Assembly: GCA_964057225.1 (NCBI GenBank)
Contig: OZ059894.1
Location: 5,270,001-5,334,000, forward strand
From: Auanema rhodensis
Taxonomy: Eukaryota > Animalia > Nematoda
DNA length: 64,000 bases
Reading direction: 5' to 3'
Positions 1 to 13,600 of this stretch are shown piece by piece. Made by a program: the position numbers and the translations under genes. Below the pieces are notes generated by a model, which worked only from the letters and a program-made list of their open reading frames with translations, was not told where the DNA came from and did no database searches. Within the stretch, counting starts at the first letter, position 1. Every line of letters starts with the position of its first letter.

Positions 1-3000
1 TATTGATATTGGTGCATGGTAACCATGACTTTAAAATTTACGTGAACTTTAATTTATGCTAATTAAGTGAACACATGACGTGCACTTGGTATGTAACTCG
101 CTTCACGTGAAAGATAAAGAGATGCGGTTTTCAAAATTAGATTCCTCATGTCCATATTAGTCTAAAAACGAATTTTTATTGATATTGATGCATGGTAACC
201 ATGACTTTGAAATTTACGTGAACTTTAATTTATGCTTATTAAGTGTACACGTGATGTGCACTTGGTATGTAACTCGCTTCACGTGAAAGATAAAGGGATG
301 CGGTTTTCAAAATTAGATTCCTCATGTCCATTTTAGTCTAAAAACAAATTTTTGTTGATATTGGTGGATGGTAACCATGACTTTCAAATTTACGTGTACT
401 TCAATTTATGCTAATTAAGTGTACACGTGATGTGCACTTGGTATGTAACTCGCTTCAAGTCAAAGATAAAGAGATGCGGTTTTTAAAATTAGATTTCGCA
501 TGTCCATATTAGTCTAAAAACAAATTTTTATTGATATTGATGCATGGTAACCATGACTTTCAAATTTACGTGTACTTTAATTTATGCTAATTAAGTGTAC
601 ACGTGATGTGCACTTGGTATGTAACTCGCTTCACGTGAAAGATAAAGAGATGCGGTTTTCAAAATTAGATTCCTCATGTCCATATTAGTCTACAAACAAA
701 TTTTTATTGATATTGGTGCATGGTAACCATGACTTTAAAATTTACGTGAACTTTAATTTATGCTAATTAAGTGAACACATGATGTGCACTTGGTATGTAA
801 CTCGCTTCACGTGAAAGATAAAGAGATGCGGTTTTCAAAATTAGATTCCTCATGTCCATATTAGTCTAAAAACAAATTTTTGTTGATATTGGTGGATGGT
901 AACCATGACTTTCAAATTTACGTGAACTTCAATTTATGCTAATTAAGTGTACACGTGATGTGCACTTGGTATGTAACTCGCTTCACGTGAAAGATAAAGA
1001 GATGCGGTTTTCAAAATTAGATTCCTCATGTCCATATTAGTCTAAAAACAAATTTTTGTTGATATTGGTGGATGGTAACCATGACTTTCAAATTTACGTG
1101 AACTTTAATTTATGCTAATTAAGTGAACACATGATGTGCACTTGGTATGTAACTCGCTTCACGTGTAAGATGAAGAGATGCGGTTTCCAAAATTAGATTC
1201 CTCATGTCCATATTAGTCTAAAAACAAATTTTTGTTGATATTGGTGGATGGTAACCATGACTTTCAAATTTACGTGAACTTCAATTTATGCTAATTAAGT
1301 GTACACGTGATGTGCACTTGGTATGTAACTCGCTTCACGTGAAAGATAAAGAGATGCGGTTTTCAAAATTAGATTCCCGATGTCCATATTAGTCTAAAAA
1401 CAAATTTTTGTTGATATTGGTGGATGGTAACCATGACTTTCAAATTTACGTGAACTTCAATTTATGCTAATTAAGTGTACACGTGATGTGCACTTGGTAC
1501 GTAATTCGCTTCAAGTCAAAGATAAAGAGATGCGGTTTCCAAAATTAGATTTCCCATGTCCATATTAGTCTAAAAACAAATTTTTATTAATATTGGTGCA
1601 TGGTAACCATGACTTTAAAATTTACGTGAACTTTAATTTATGCTAATTAAGTGTACACGTGATGTGCACTTGGTATGTAACTCGCTTCAAGTGAAAGATA
1701 AAGAGATGCGGTTTTCAAAATTAGATTTCGCATGTCCATATTAGTCTAAAAACAAATTTTTATTGATATTGGTGCATGGTAACCATGACTTTAAAATTTA
1801 CGTGAACTTTAATTTATGCTGATTAAGTGAACACATGATGTGCACTTGGTATGTAACTCGCTTCACGTGAAAGATAAAGGGATGCGGTTTCCAAAAATAG
1901 ATTCCCGATGTCCATATTAGTCTAAAAACAAATTTTTATTGATATTGGTGGATGGTAACCATGACTTTCAAATTTACGTGTACTTCAATTTATGCTAATT
2001 AAGTGTACACGTGATGTGCACTTGGTATGTAACTCGCTTCAAGTCAAAGATAAAGAGATGCGGTTTTCAAAATTAGATTTCGCATGTCCATATTAGTCTA
2101 AAAACAAATTTTTATTGATATTGATGCATGGTAACCATGACTTTCAAATTTACGTGTACTTCAATTTATGCTAATTAAGTGTACACGTGATGTGCACTTG
2201 GTATGTAACTCGCTTCACGTCAAAGATAAAGAGATGCGGTTTTCAAAATTAGATTTCGCATGTCCATATTAGTCTAAAAACAAATTTTTATTGATATTGA
2301 TGCATGGTAACCATGACTTTCAAATTTACGTGTACTTCAATTTATGCTAATTAAGTGTACACGTGATGTGCACTTGGTATGTAACTCGCTTCACGTCAAA
2401 GATAAAGAGATGCGGTTTTCAAAATTAGATTCCACATGTCCATATTAGTCTAAAAACAAATTTTTGTTGATATTGGTGCATGGTAACCATGACTTTGAAA
2501 TTTACGTGAACTTTAATTTATGCTAATTAAGTGTACACATAATGTGCACTTGGTATGTAACTCGCTTCAAGTGAAAGATAAAGAGATGCGGTTTTCAAAA
2601 TTAGATTTCGCATGTCCATATTAGTCTAAAAACAAATTTTTATTGATATTGGTGCATGGTAACCATGACTTTAAAATTTACGTGAACTTTAATTTATGTT
2701 AATTAAGTGAACACATGACGTGCACTTGGTATGTAACTCGCTTCACGTGAAAGATAAAGAGATGCGGTTTTCAAAATTAGATTCCTCATGTCCATATTAG
2801 TCTAAAAACGAATTTTTATTGATATTGATGCATGGTAACCATGACTTTGAAATTTACGTGAACTTTAATTTATGCTTATTAAGTGTACACGTGATGTGCA
2901 CTTGGTATGTAACTCGCTTCACGTGAAAGATAAAGGGATGCGGTTTTCAAAATTAGATTCCTCATGTCCATTTTAGTCTAAAAACAAATTTTTGTTGATA

Positions 3001-3220
3001 TTGGTGGATGGTAACCATGACTTTCAAATTTACGTGTACTTCAATTTATGCTAATTAAGTGTACACGTGATGTGCACTTGGTATGTAACTCGCTTCAAGT
3101 CAAAGATAAAGAGATGCGGTTTTTAAAATTAGATTTCGCATGTCCATATTAGTCTAAAAACAAATTTTTATTGATATTGATGCATGGTAACCATGACTTT
3201 CAAATTTACGTGTACTTCAA
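1..3220 (+). repeat. 15-monomer (2640-bp) offset duplication
   Basis: ATGACGTG at 79 and 2719, CCATTTTAG at ~328 and ~2968, TTTTAAAATT at 481 and 3121. Confidence 0.8.
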
Positions 3221-3249
3221 TTTATGCTAATTAAGTGTACACGTGATGT

Positions 3250-6200
3250 GCACTTGGTATGTAACTCGCTTCACGTCAAAGATAAAGAGATGCGGTTTTC
3301 AAAATTAGATTCCCGATGTCCATATTAGTCTAAAAACAAATTTTTGTTGATATTGGTGGATGGTAACCATGACTTTCAAATTTACGTGAACTTCAATTTA
3401 TGCTATTTAAGTGTACACGTGATGTGCACTTGGTACGTAATTCGCTTCAAGTCAAAGATAAAGAGATGCGGTTTTCAAAATTAGATTTCGCATGTCCATA
3501 TTAGTCTAAAAACAAATTTTTATTGATATTGGTGCATGGTAACCATGACTTTAAAATTTACGTGAACTTTAATTTATGCTGATTAAGTGAACACATGATG
3601 TGCACTTGGTATGTAACTCGCTTCACGTGAAAGATAAAGAGATGCGGTTTTCAAAATTAGATTCCTCATGTCCATATTAGTCTAAAAACGAATTTTTATT
3701 GATATTGATGCATGGTAACCATGACTTTGAAATTTACGTGAACTTTAATTTATGCTTATTAAGTGTACACGTGATGTGCACTTGGTATGTAACTCGCTTC
3801 ACGTGAAAGATAAAGGGATGCGGTTGCCAAAATTAGATTCCTCATTTCCATATTAGTCTAAAAACAAATTTTTGTTGATATTGGTGGATGGTAACCATGA
3901 CTTTCAAATTTACGTGTACTTCAATTTATGCTAATTAAGTGTACACGTGATGTGCACTTGGTATGTAACTCGCTTCACGTCAAAGATAAAGAGATGCGGT
4001 TTTCAAAATTAGATTCCCGATGTCCATATTAGTCTAAAAACAAATTTTTATTGATATTGGTGCATGGTAACCATGACTTTGAAATTTACGTGAACTTTAA
4101 TTTATGCTAATTAAGTGTACACGTGATGTGCACTTGGTATGTAACTCGCTTCACGTGAAAGATGAAGAGATGCGGTTTTCAAAATTAGATTCCCCATGTC
4201 CATATTAGTCTAAAAACAAATTTTTGTTGATATTGGTGAATGGTAACCATGACTTTCAAATTTACGTGAACTTCAATTTATGCTAATTAAGTGTACACGT
4301 GATGTGCACTTGGTATGTAACTCGCTTCACGTCAAAGATAAAGAGATGCGGTTTTCAAAATTAGATTCCCGATGTCCATATTAGTCTAAAAACAAATTTT
4401 TGTTGATATTGGTGGATGGTAACCATGACTTTCAAATTTACGTGAACTTTAATTTATGCTAATTAAGTGTACACGTGATGTGCACTTGGTATGTAACTCG
4501 CTTCACGTGAAAGATGAAGAGATGCGGTTTTCAAAATTAGATTCCCCATGTCCATATTAGTCTAAAAACAAATTTTTGTTGATATTGGTGAATGGTAACC
4601 ATGACTTTCAAATTTACGTGAACTTCAATTTATGCTAATTAAGTGTACACGTGATGTGCACTTGGTATGTAACTCGCTTCACGTGAAAGATAAAGAGATG
4701 CGGTTTTCAAAATTAGATTCCTCATGTCCATATTAGTCTAAAAACGAATTTTTATTGATATTGATGCATGGTAACCATGAATTTGAAATTTACGTGAACT
4801 TTAATTTATGCTAATTAAGTGTACACATGATGTGCACTTGGTATGTAACTCGCTTCAAGTGAAAGATAAAGAGATGCGGTTTTCAAAATTAGATTTCGCA
4901 TGTCCATATTAGTCTACAAACAAATTTTTATTGATATTGGTGCATGGTAACCATGACTTTAAAATTTACGTGAACTTTAATTTATGCTAATTAAGTGAAC
5001 ACATGATGTGCACTTGGTATGTAACTCGCTTCACGTGAAAGATGAAGAGATGCGGTTTCCAAAATTAGATTCCTCATGTCCATATTAGTCTAAAAACAAA
5101 TTTTTGTTGATATTGGTGGATGGTAACCATGACTTTCAAATTTACGTGAACTTCAATTTATGCTAATTAAGTGTACACGTGATGTGCACTTGGTATGTAA
5201 CTCGCTTCAAGTCAAAGATAAAGGGATGCGGTTTTGAAAATTAGATTCCTCATGTCCATATTAGTCTAAAAACAAATTTTTGTTGATATTGGTGAATGGT
5301 AACCATGACTTTCAAATTTACGTGAACTTCAATTTATGCTAATTAAGTGTACACGTGATGTGCACTTGGTATGTAACTCGCTTCACGTCAAAGATAAAGA
5401 GATGCGGTTTTCAAAATTAGATTCCCGATGTCCATATTAGTCTAAAAACAAATTTTTGTTGATATTGGTGGATGGTAACCATGACTTTCAAATTTACGTG
5501 AACTTTAATTTATGCTATTTAAGTGTACACGTGATGTGCACTTGGTACGTAATTCGCTTCAAGTCAAAGATAAAGAGATGCGGTTTTCAAAATTAGATTC
5601 CTCATGTCCATATTAGTCTAAAAACAAATTTTTGTTGATATTGGTGGATGGTAACCATGACTTTCAAATTTACGTGTACTTCAATTTATGCTAATTAAGT
5701 GTACACGTGATGTGCACTTGGTATGTAACTCGCTTCAAGTCAAAGATAAAGAGATGCGGTTTTCAAAATTAGATTCCTCATGTCCATATTAGTCTAAAAA
5801 CAAATTTTTGTTGATATTGGTGGATGGTAACCATGACTTTCAAATTTACGTGTACTTCAATTTATGCTAATTAAGTGTACACGTGATGTGCACTTGGTAT
5901 GTAACTCGCTTCAAGTCAAAGATAAAGAGATGCGGTTTTCAAAATTAGATTTCGCATGTCCATATTAGTCTAAAAACAAATTTTTATTGATATTGGTGCA
6001 TGGTAACCATGACTTTGAAATTTACGTGAACTTCAATTTATGCTAATTAAGTGTACACGTGATGTGCACTTGGTATGTAACTCGCTTCACGTCAAAGATA
6101 AAGAGATGCGGTTTTCAAAATTAGATTCCCGATGTCCATATTAGTCTAAAAACAAATTTTTGTTGATATTGGTGGATGGTAACCATGACTTTCAAATTTA

Positions 6201-9200
6201 CGTGAACTTCAATTTATGCTATTTAAGTGTACACGTGATGTGCACTTGGTACGTAATTCGCTTCAAGTCAAAGATAAAGAGATGCGGTTTTCAAAATTAG
6301 ATTTCGCATGTCCATATTAGTCTAAAAACAAATTTTTATTGATATTGGTGCATGGTAACCATGACTTTAAAATTTACGTGAACTTTAATTTATGCTGATT
6401 AAGTGAACACATGATGTGCACTTGGTATGTAACTCGCTTCACGTGAAAGATAAAGAGATGCGGTTTTCAAAATTAGATTCCTCATGTCCATATTAGTCTA
6501 AAAACGAATTTTTATTGATATTGATGCATGGTAACCATGACTTTGAAATTTACGTGAACTTTAATTTATGCTTATTAAGTGTACACGTGATGTGCACTTG
6601 GTATGTAACTCGCTTCACGTGAAAGATAAAGGGATGCGGTTGCCAAAATTAGATTCCTCATGTCCATATTAGTCTAAAAACAAATTTTTGTTGATATTGG
6701 TGGATGGTAACCATGACTTTCAAATTTACGTGTACTTCAATTTATGCTAATTAAGTGTACACGTGATGTGCACTTGGTATGTAACTCGCTTCACGTCAAA
6801 GATAAAGAGATGCGGTTTTCAAAATTAGATTCCCGATGTCCATATTAGTCTAAAAACAAATTTTTATTGATATTGGTGCATGGTAACCATGACTTTGAAA
6901 TTTACGTGAACTTTAATTTATGCTAATTAAGTGTACACGTGATGTGCACTTGGTATGTAACTCGCTTCACGTGAAAGATGAAGAGATGCGGTTTTCAAAA
7001 TTAGATTCCCCATGTCCATATTAGTCTAAAAACAAATTTTTGTTGATATTGGTGAATGGTAACCATGACTTTCAAATTTACGTGAACTTCAATTTATGCT
7101 AATTAAGTGTACACGTGATGTGCACTTGGTATGTAACTCGCTTCACGTCAAAGATAAAGAGATGCGGTTTTCAAAATTAGATTCCCGATGTCCATATTAG
7201 TCTAAAAACAAATTTTTGTTGATATTGGTGGATGGTAACCATGACTTTCAAATTTACGTGAACTTCAATTTATGCTAATTAAGTGTACACGTGATGTGCA
7301 CTTGGTACGTAATTCGCTTCAAGTCAAAGATAAAGAGATGCGGTTTTCAAAATTAGATTTCGCATGTCCATATTAGTCTAAAAACAAATTTTTATTGATA
7401 TTGGTGCATGGTAACCATGACTTTAAAATTTACGTGAACTTTAATTTATGCTGATTAAGTGAACACATGATGTGCACTTGGTATGTAACTCGCTTCACGT
7501 GAAAGATGAAGAGATGCGGTTTTCAAAATTAGATTCCCCATGTCCATATTAGTCTAAAAACAAATTTTTGTTGATATTGGTGAATGGTAACCATGACTTT
7601 CAAATTTACGTGAACTTCAATTTATGCTAATTAAGTGTACACGTGATGTGCACTTGGTATGTAACTCGCTTCACGTCAAAGATAAAGAGATGCGGTTTTC
7701 AAAATTAGATTCCTCATGTCCATATTAGTCTAAAAACGAATTTTTATTGATATTGATGCATGGTAACCATGACTTTGAAATTTACGTGAACTTTAATTTA
7801 TGCTTATTAAGTGTACACGTGATGTGCACTTGGTATGTAACTCGCTTCACGTGAAAGATAAAGGGATGCGGTTTTCAAAATTAGATTCCTCATGTCCATA
7901 TTAGTCTAAAAACAAATTTTTGTTGATATTGGTGGATGGTAACCATGACTTTCAAATTTACGTGTACTTCAATTTATGCTAATTAAGTGTACACGTGATG
8001 TGCACTTGGTATGTAACTCGCTTCACGTCAAAGATAAAGAGATGCGGTTTTCAAAATTAGATTCCCGATGTCCATATTAGTCTAAAAACAAATTTTTGTT
8101 GATATTGGTGGATGGTAACCATGACTTTCAAATTTACGTGAACTTCAATTTATGCTAATTAAGTGTACACGTGATGTGCACTTGGTACGTAATTCGCTTC
8201 AAGTCAAAGATAAAGAGATGCGGTTTCCAAAATTAGATTTCCCATGTCCATATTAGTCTAAAAACAAATTTTTATTAATATTGGTGCATGGTAACCATGA
8301 CTTTAAAATTTACGTGAACTTTAATTTATGCTAATTAAGTGTACACGTGATGTGCACTTGGTATGTAACTCGCTTCAAGTGAAAGATAAAGAGATGCGGT
8401 TTTCAAAATTAGATTTCGCATGTCCATATTAGTCTAAAAACAAATTTTTATTGATATTGGTGCATGGTAACCATGACTTTAAAATTTACGTGAACTTTAA
8501 TTTATGCTGATTAAGTGAACACATGATTTGCACTTGGTATGTAACTCGCTTCACGTGAAAGATAAAGAGATGCGGTTTTCAAAATTAGATTCCTCATGTC
8601 CATTTTAGTCTAAAAACAAATTTTTGTTGATATTGGTGGATGGTAACCATGACTTTCAAATTTACGTGTACTTCAATTTATGCTAATTAAGTGTACACGT
8701 GATGTGCACTTGGTATGTAACTCGCTTCAAGTCAAAGATAAAGAGATGCGGTTTTCAAAATTAGATTTCGCATGTCCATATTAGTCTAAAAACAAATTTT
8801 TATTGATATTGATGCATGGTAACCATGACTTTCAAATTTACGTGTACTTCAATTTATGCTAATTAAGTGTACACGTGATGTGCACTTGGTATGTAACTCG
8901 CTTCACGTCAAAGATAAAGAGATGCGGTTTTCAAAATTAGATTCCCGATGTCCATATTAGTCTAAAAACAAATTTTTGTTGATATTGGTGGATGGTAACC
9001 ATGACTTTCAAATTTACGTGAACTTCAATTTATGCTATTTAAGTGTACACGTGATGTGCACTTGGTACGTAATTCGCTTCAAGTCAAAGATAAAGAGATG
9101 CGGTTTTCAAAATTAGATTTCGCATGTCCATATTAGTCTAAAAACAAATTTTTATTGATATTGGTGCATGGTAACCATGACTTTAAAATTTACGTGAACT

Positions 9201-10480
9201 TTAATTTATGCTGATTAAGTGAACACATGATGTGCACTTGGTATGTAACTCGCTTCACGTGAAAGATAAAGAGATGCGGTTTTCAAAATTAGATTTCTCA
9301 TGTCCATATTAGTCTAAAAACGAATTTTTATTGATATTGATGCATGGTAACCATGACTTTGAAATTTACGTGAACTTTAATTTATGCTTATTAAGTGTAC
9401 ACGTGATGTGCACTTGGTATGTAACTCGCTTCACGTGAAAGATAAAGGGATGCGGTTGCCAAAATTAGATTCCTCATGTCCATATTAGTCTAAAAACAAA
9501 TTTTTGTTGATATTGGTGGATGGTAACCATGACTTTCAAATTTACGTGTACTTCAATTTATGCTAATTAAGTGTACACGTGATGTGCACTTGGTATGTAA
9601 CTCGCTTCACGTCAAAGATAAAGAGATGCGGTTTTCAAAATTAGATTCCCGATGTCCATATTAGTCTAAAAACAAATTTTTATTGATATTGGTGCATGGT
9701 AACCATGACTTTGAAATTTACGTGAACTTTAATTTATGCTAATTAAGTGTACACGTGATGTGCACTTGGTATGTAACTCGCTTCACGTCAAAGATAAAGA
9801 GATGCGGTTTTCAAAATTAGATTCCCCATGTCCATATTAGTCTAATAACAAATTTTTGTTGATATTGGTGAATGGTAACCATGACTTTCAAATTTACGTG
9901 AACTTCAATTTATGCTGATTAAGTGAACACATGATGTGCACTTGGTATGTAACTCGCTTCACGTGAAAGATAAAGAGATGCGGTTTTCAAAATTAGATTT
10001 CTCATGTCCATATTAGTCTAAAAACGAATTTTTATTGATATTGATGCATGGTAACCATGACTTTGAAATTTACGTGAACTTTAATTTATGCTTATTAAGT
10101 GTACACGTGATGTGCACTTGGTATGTAACTCGCTTCACGTGAAAGATAAAGGGATGCGGTTGCCAAAATTAGATTCCTCATGTCCATATTAGTCTAAAAA
10201 CAAATTTTTGTTGATATTGGTGGATGGTAACCATGACTTTCAAATTTACGTGTACTTCAATTTATGCTAATTAAGTGTACACGTGATGTGCACTTGGTAT
10301 GTAACTCGCTTCACGTCAAAGATAAAGAGATGCGGTTTTCAAAATTAGATTCCCGATGTCCATATTAGTCTAAAAACAAATTTTTATTGATATTGGTGCA
10401 TGGTAACCATGACTTTGAAATTTACGTGAACTTTAATTTATGCTAATTAAGTGTACACGTGATGTGCACTTGGTATGTAA
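3250..10480 (+). repeat. Degenerate 16-monomer (2816-bp) HOR with a terminal 4-mer duplication
   Basis: GGTTGCCAAAA variant at 3826, 6642 and 9458 (spacing 2816), then 10162 (+704). GCTATTTAAG at ~3403, ~6219 and ~9035. Confidence 0.78.
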
Positions 10481-11599
10481 CTCGCTTCACGTGAAAGATG
10501 AAGAGATGCGGTTTTTAAAATTAGATTCCCCATGTCCATATTAGTCTAAAAACAAATTTTTGTTGATATTGGTGAATGTTAACCATGACTTTCAAATTTA
10601 CGTGAACTTCAATTTATGCTAATTAAGTGTACACGTGATGTGCACTTGGTATGTAACTCGCTTCACGTCAAAGATAAAGAGATGCGGTTTTCAAAATTAG
10701 ATTCCCGATGTCCATATTAGTCTAAAAACAAATTTTTGTTGATATTGGTGGATGGTAACCATGACTTTCAAATTTACGTGAACTTCAATTTATGCTAATT
10801 AAGTGTACACGTGATGTGCACTTGGTACGTAATTCGCTTCAAGTCAAAGATAAAGAGATGCGGTTTTCAAAATTAGATTTCGCATGTCCATATTAGTCTA
10901 AAAACAAATTTTTATTGATATTGGTGCATGGTAACCATGACTTTAAAATTTACGTGAACTTTAATTTATGCTGATTAAGTGAACACATGATGTGCACTTG
11001 GTATGTAACTCGCTTCACGTGAAAGATGAAGAGATGCGGTTTTCAAAATTAGATTCCCCATGTCCATATTAGTCTAAAAACAAATTTTTGTTGATATTGG
11101 TGAATGGTAACCATGACTTTCAAATTTACGTGAACTTCAATTTATGCTAATTAAGTGTACACGTGATGTGCACTTGGTATGTAACTCGCTTCACGTCAAA
11201 GATAAAGAGATGCGGTTTTCAAAATTAGATTCCCGATGTCCATATTAGTCTAAAAACAAATTTTTATTGATATTGGTGCATGGTAACCATGACTTTAAAA
11301 TTTACGTGAACTTTAATTTATGCTAATTAAGTGAACACATGATGTGCACTTGGTATGTAACTCGCTTCACGTGAAAGATAAAGAGATGCGGTTTTCAAAA
11401 TTAGATTCCTCATGTCCATATTAGTCTAAAAACGAATTTTTATTGATATTGATGCATGGTAACCATGAATTTGAAATTTACGTGAACTTTAATTTATGCT
11501 AATTAAGTGTACACATGATGTGCACTTGGTATGTAACTCGCTTCAAGTGAAAGATAAAGAGATGCGGTTTTCAAAATTAGATTTCGCATGTCCATATTA

Positions 11600-13600
11600 G
11601 TCTACAAACAAATTTTTATTGATATTGGTGCATGGTAACCATGACTTTAAAATTTACGTGAACTTTAATTTATGCTAATTAAGTGAACACATGATGTGCA
11701 CTTGGTATGTAACTCGCTTCACGTGAAAGATGAAGAGATGCGGTTTCCAAAATTAGATTCCTCATGTCCATATTAGTCTAAAAACAAATTTTTGTTGATA
11801 TTGGTGGATGGTAACCATGACTTTCAAATTTACGTGAACTTCAATTTATGCTAATTAAGTGTACACGTGATGTGCACTTGGTATGTAACTCGCTTCACGT
11901 GAAAGATAAAGAGATGCGGTTTTCAAAATTAGATTCCCGATGTCCATATTAGTCTAAAAACAAATTTTTGTTGATATTGGTGGATGGTAACCATGACTTT
12001 CAAATTTACGTGAACTTCAATTTATGCTAATTAAGTGTACACGTGATGTGCACTTGGTACGTAATTCGCTTCAAGTCAAAGATAAAGAGATGCGGTTTCC
12101 AAAATTAGATTTCCCATGTCCATATTAGTCTAAAAACAAATTTTTATTAATATTGGTGCATGGTAACCATGACTTTAAAATTTACGTGAACTTTAATTTA
12201 TGCTAATTAAGTGTACACGTGATGTGCACTTGGTATGTAACTCGCTTCAAGTGAAAGATAAAGAGATGCGGTTTTCAAAATTAGATTTCGCATGTCCATA
12301 TTAGTCTAAAAACAAATTTTTATTGATATTGGTGCATGGTAACCATGACTTTAAAATTTACGTGAACTTTAATTTATGCTGATTAAGTGAACACATGATG
12401 TGCACTTGGTATGTAACTCGCTTCACGTGAAAGATAAAGGGATGCGGTTTCCAAAAATAGATTCCCGATGTCCATATTAGTCTAAAAACAAATTTTTATT
12501 GATATTGGTGGATGGTAACCATGACTTTCAAATTTACGTGTACTTTAATTTATGCTAATTAAGTGAACACATGATGTGCACTTGGTATGTAACTCGCTTC
12601 AAGTGAAAGATAAAGAGATGCGGTTTTCAAAATTAGATTTCGCATGTCCATATTAGTCTACAAACAAATTTTTATTGATATTGGTGCATGGTAACCATGA
12701 CTTTAAAATTTACGTGAACTTTAATTTATGCTAATTAAGTGAACACATGATGTGCACTTGGTATGTAACTCGCTTCACGTGAAAGATGAAGAGATGCGGT
12801 TTCCAAAATTAGATTCCTCATGTCCATATTAGTCTAAAAACAAATTTTTGTTGATATTGGTGGATGGGAACCATGACTTTCAAATTTACGTGAACTTCAA
12901 TTTATGCTAATTAAGTGTACACGTGATGTGCACTTGGTATGTAACTCGCTTCACGTGAAAGATAAAGAGATGCGGTTTTCAAAATTAGATTCCCGATGTC
13001 CATATTAGTCTAAAAACAAATTTTTGTTGATATTGGTGGATGGTAACCATGACTTTCAAATTTACGTGAACTTCAATTTATGCTAATTAAGTGTACACGT
13101 GATGTGCACTTGGTACGTAATTCGCTTCAAGTCAAAGATAAAGAGATGCGGTTTCCAAAATTAGATTTCCCATGTCCATATTAGTCTAAAAACAAATTTT
13201 TATTAATATTGGTGCATGGTAACCATGACTTTAAAATTTACGTGAACTTTAATTTATGCTAATTAAGTGTACACGTGATGTGCACTTGGTATGTAACTCG
13301 CTTCAAGTGAAAGATAAAGAGATGCGGTTTTCAAAATTAGATTTCGCATGTCCATATTAGTCTAAAAACAAATTTTTATTGATATTGGTGCATGGTAACC
13401 ATGACTTTAAAATTTACGTGAACTTTAATTTATGCTGATTAAGTGAACACATGATGTGCACTTGGTATGTAACTCGCTTCACGTGAAAGATAAAGGGATG
13501 CGGTTTCCAAAAATAGATTCCCGATGTCCATATTAGTCTAAAAACAAATTTTTATTGATATTGGTGGATGGTAACCATGACTTTCAAATTTACGTGTACT
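11600..13600 (+). repeat. 6-monomer (1056-bp) tandem duplication
   Basis: TCTACAAAC at ~11601 and ~12657, CCAAAAATAG at 12451 and 13507. Confidence 0.82.

Noticed and set aside
102-111. G-box/E-box as a gene promoter element
   Set aside because: There is no gene in the window. The motif is reported only as part of the monomer structure.
1-176. Tandem 5S rRNA, tRNA or snRNA gene array
   Set aside because: I found no recognisable 5S or tRNA sequence, cloverleaf or Pol III A/B/C boxes, and the unit is very AT-rich.
490-515. CENP-B box at TTTCGCATG or at ATTCGTTTT on the - strand
   Set aside because: Only TTCG matches. The downstream A..CGGG of the NTTCGNNNNANNCGGGN core is missing.
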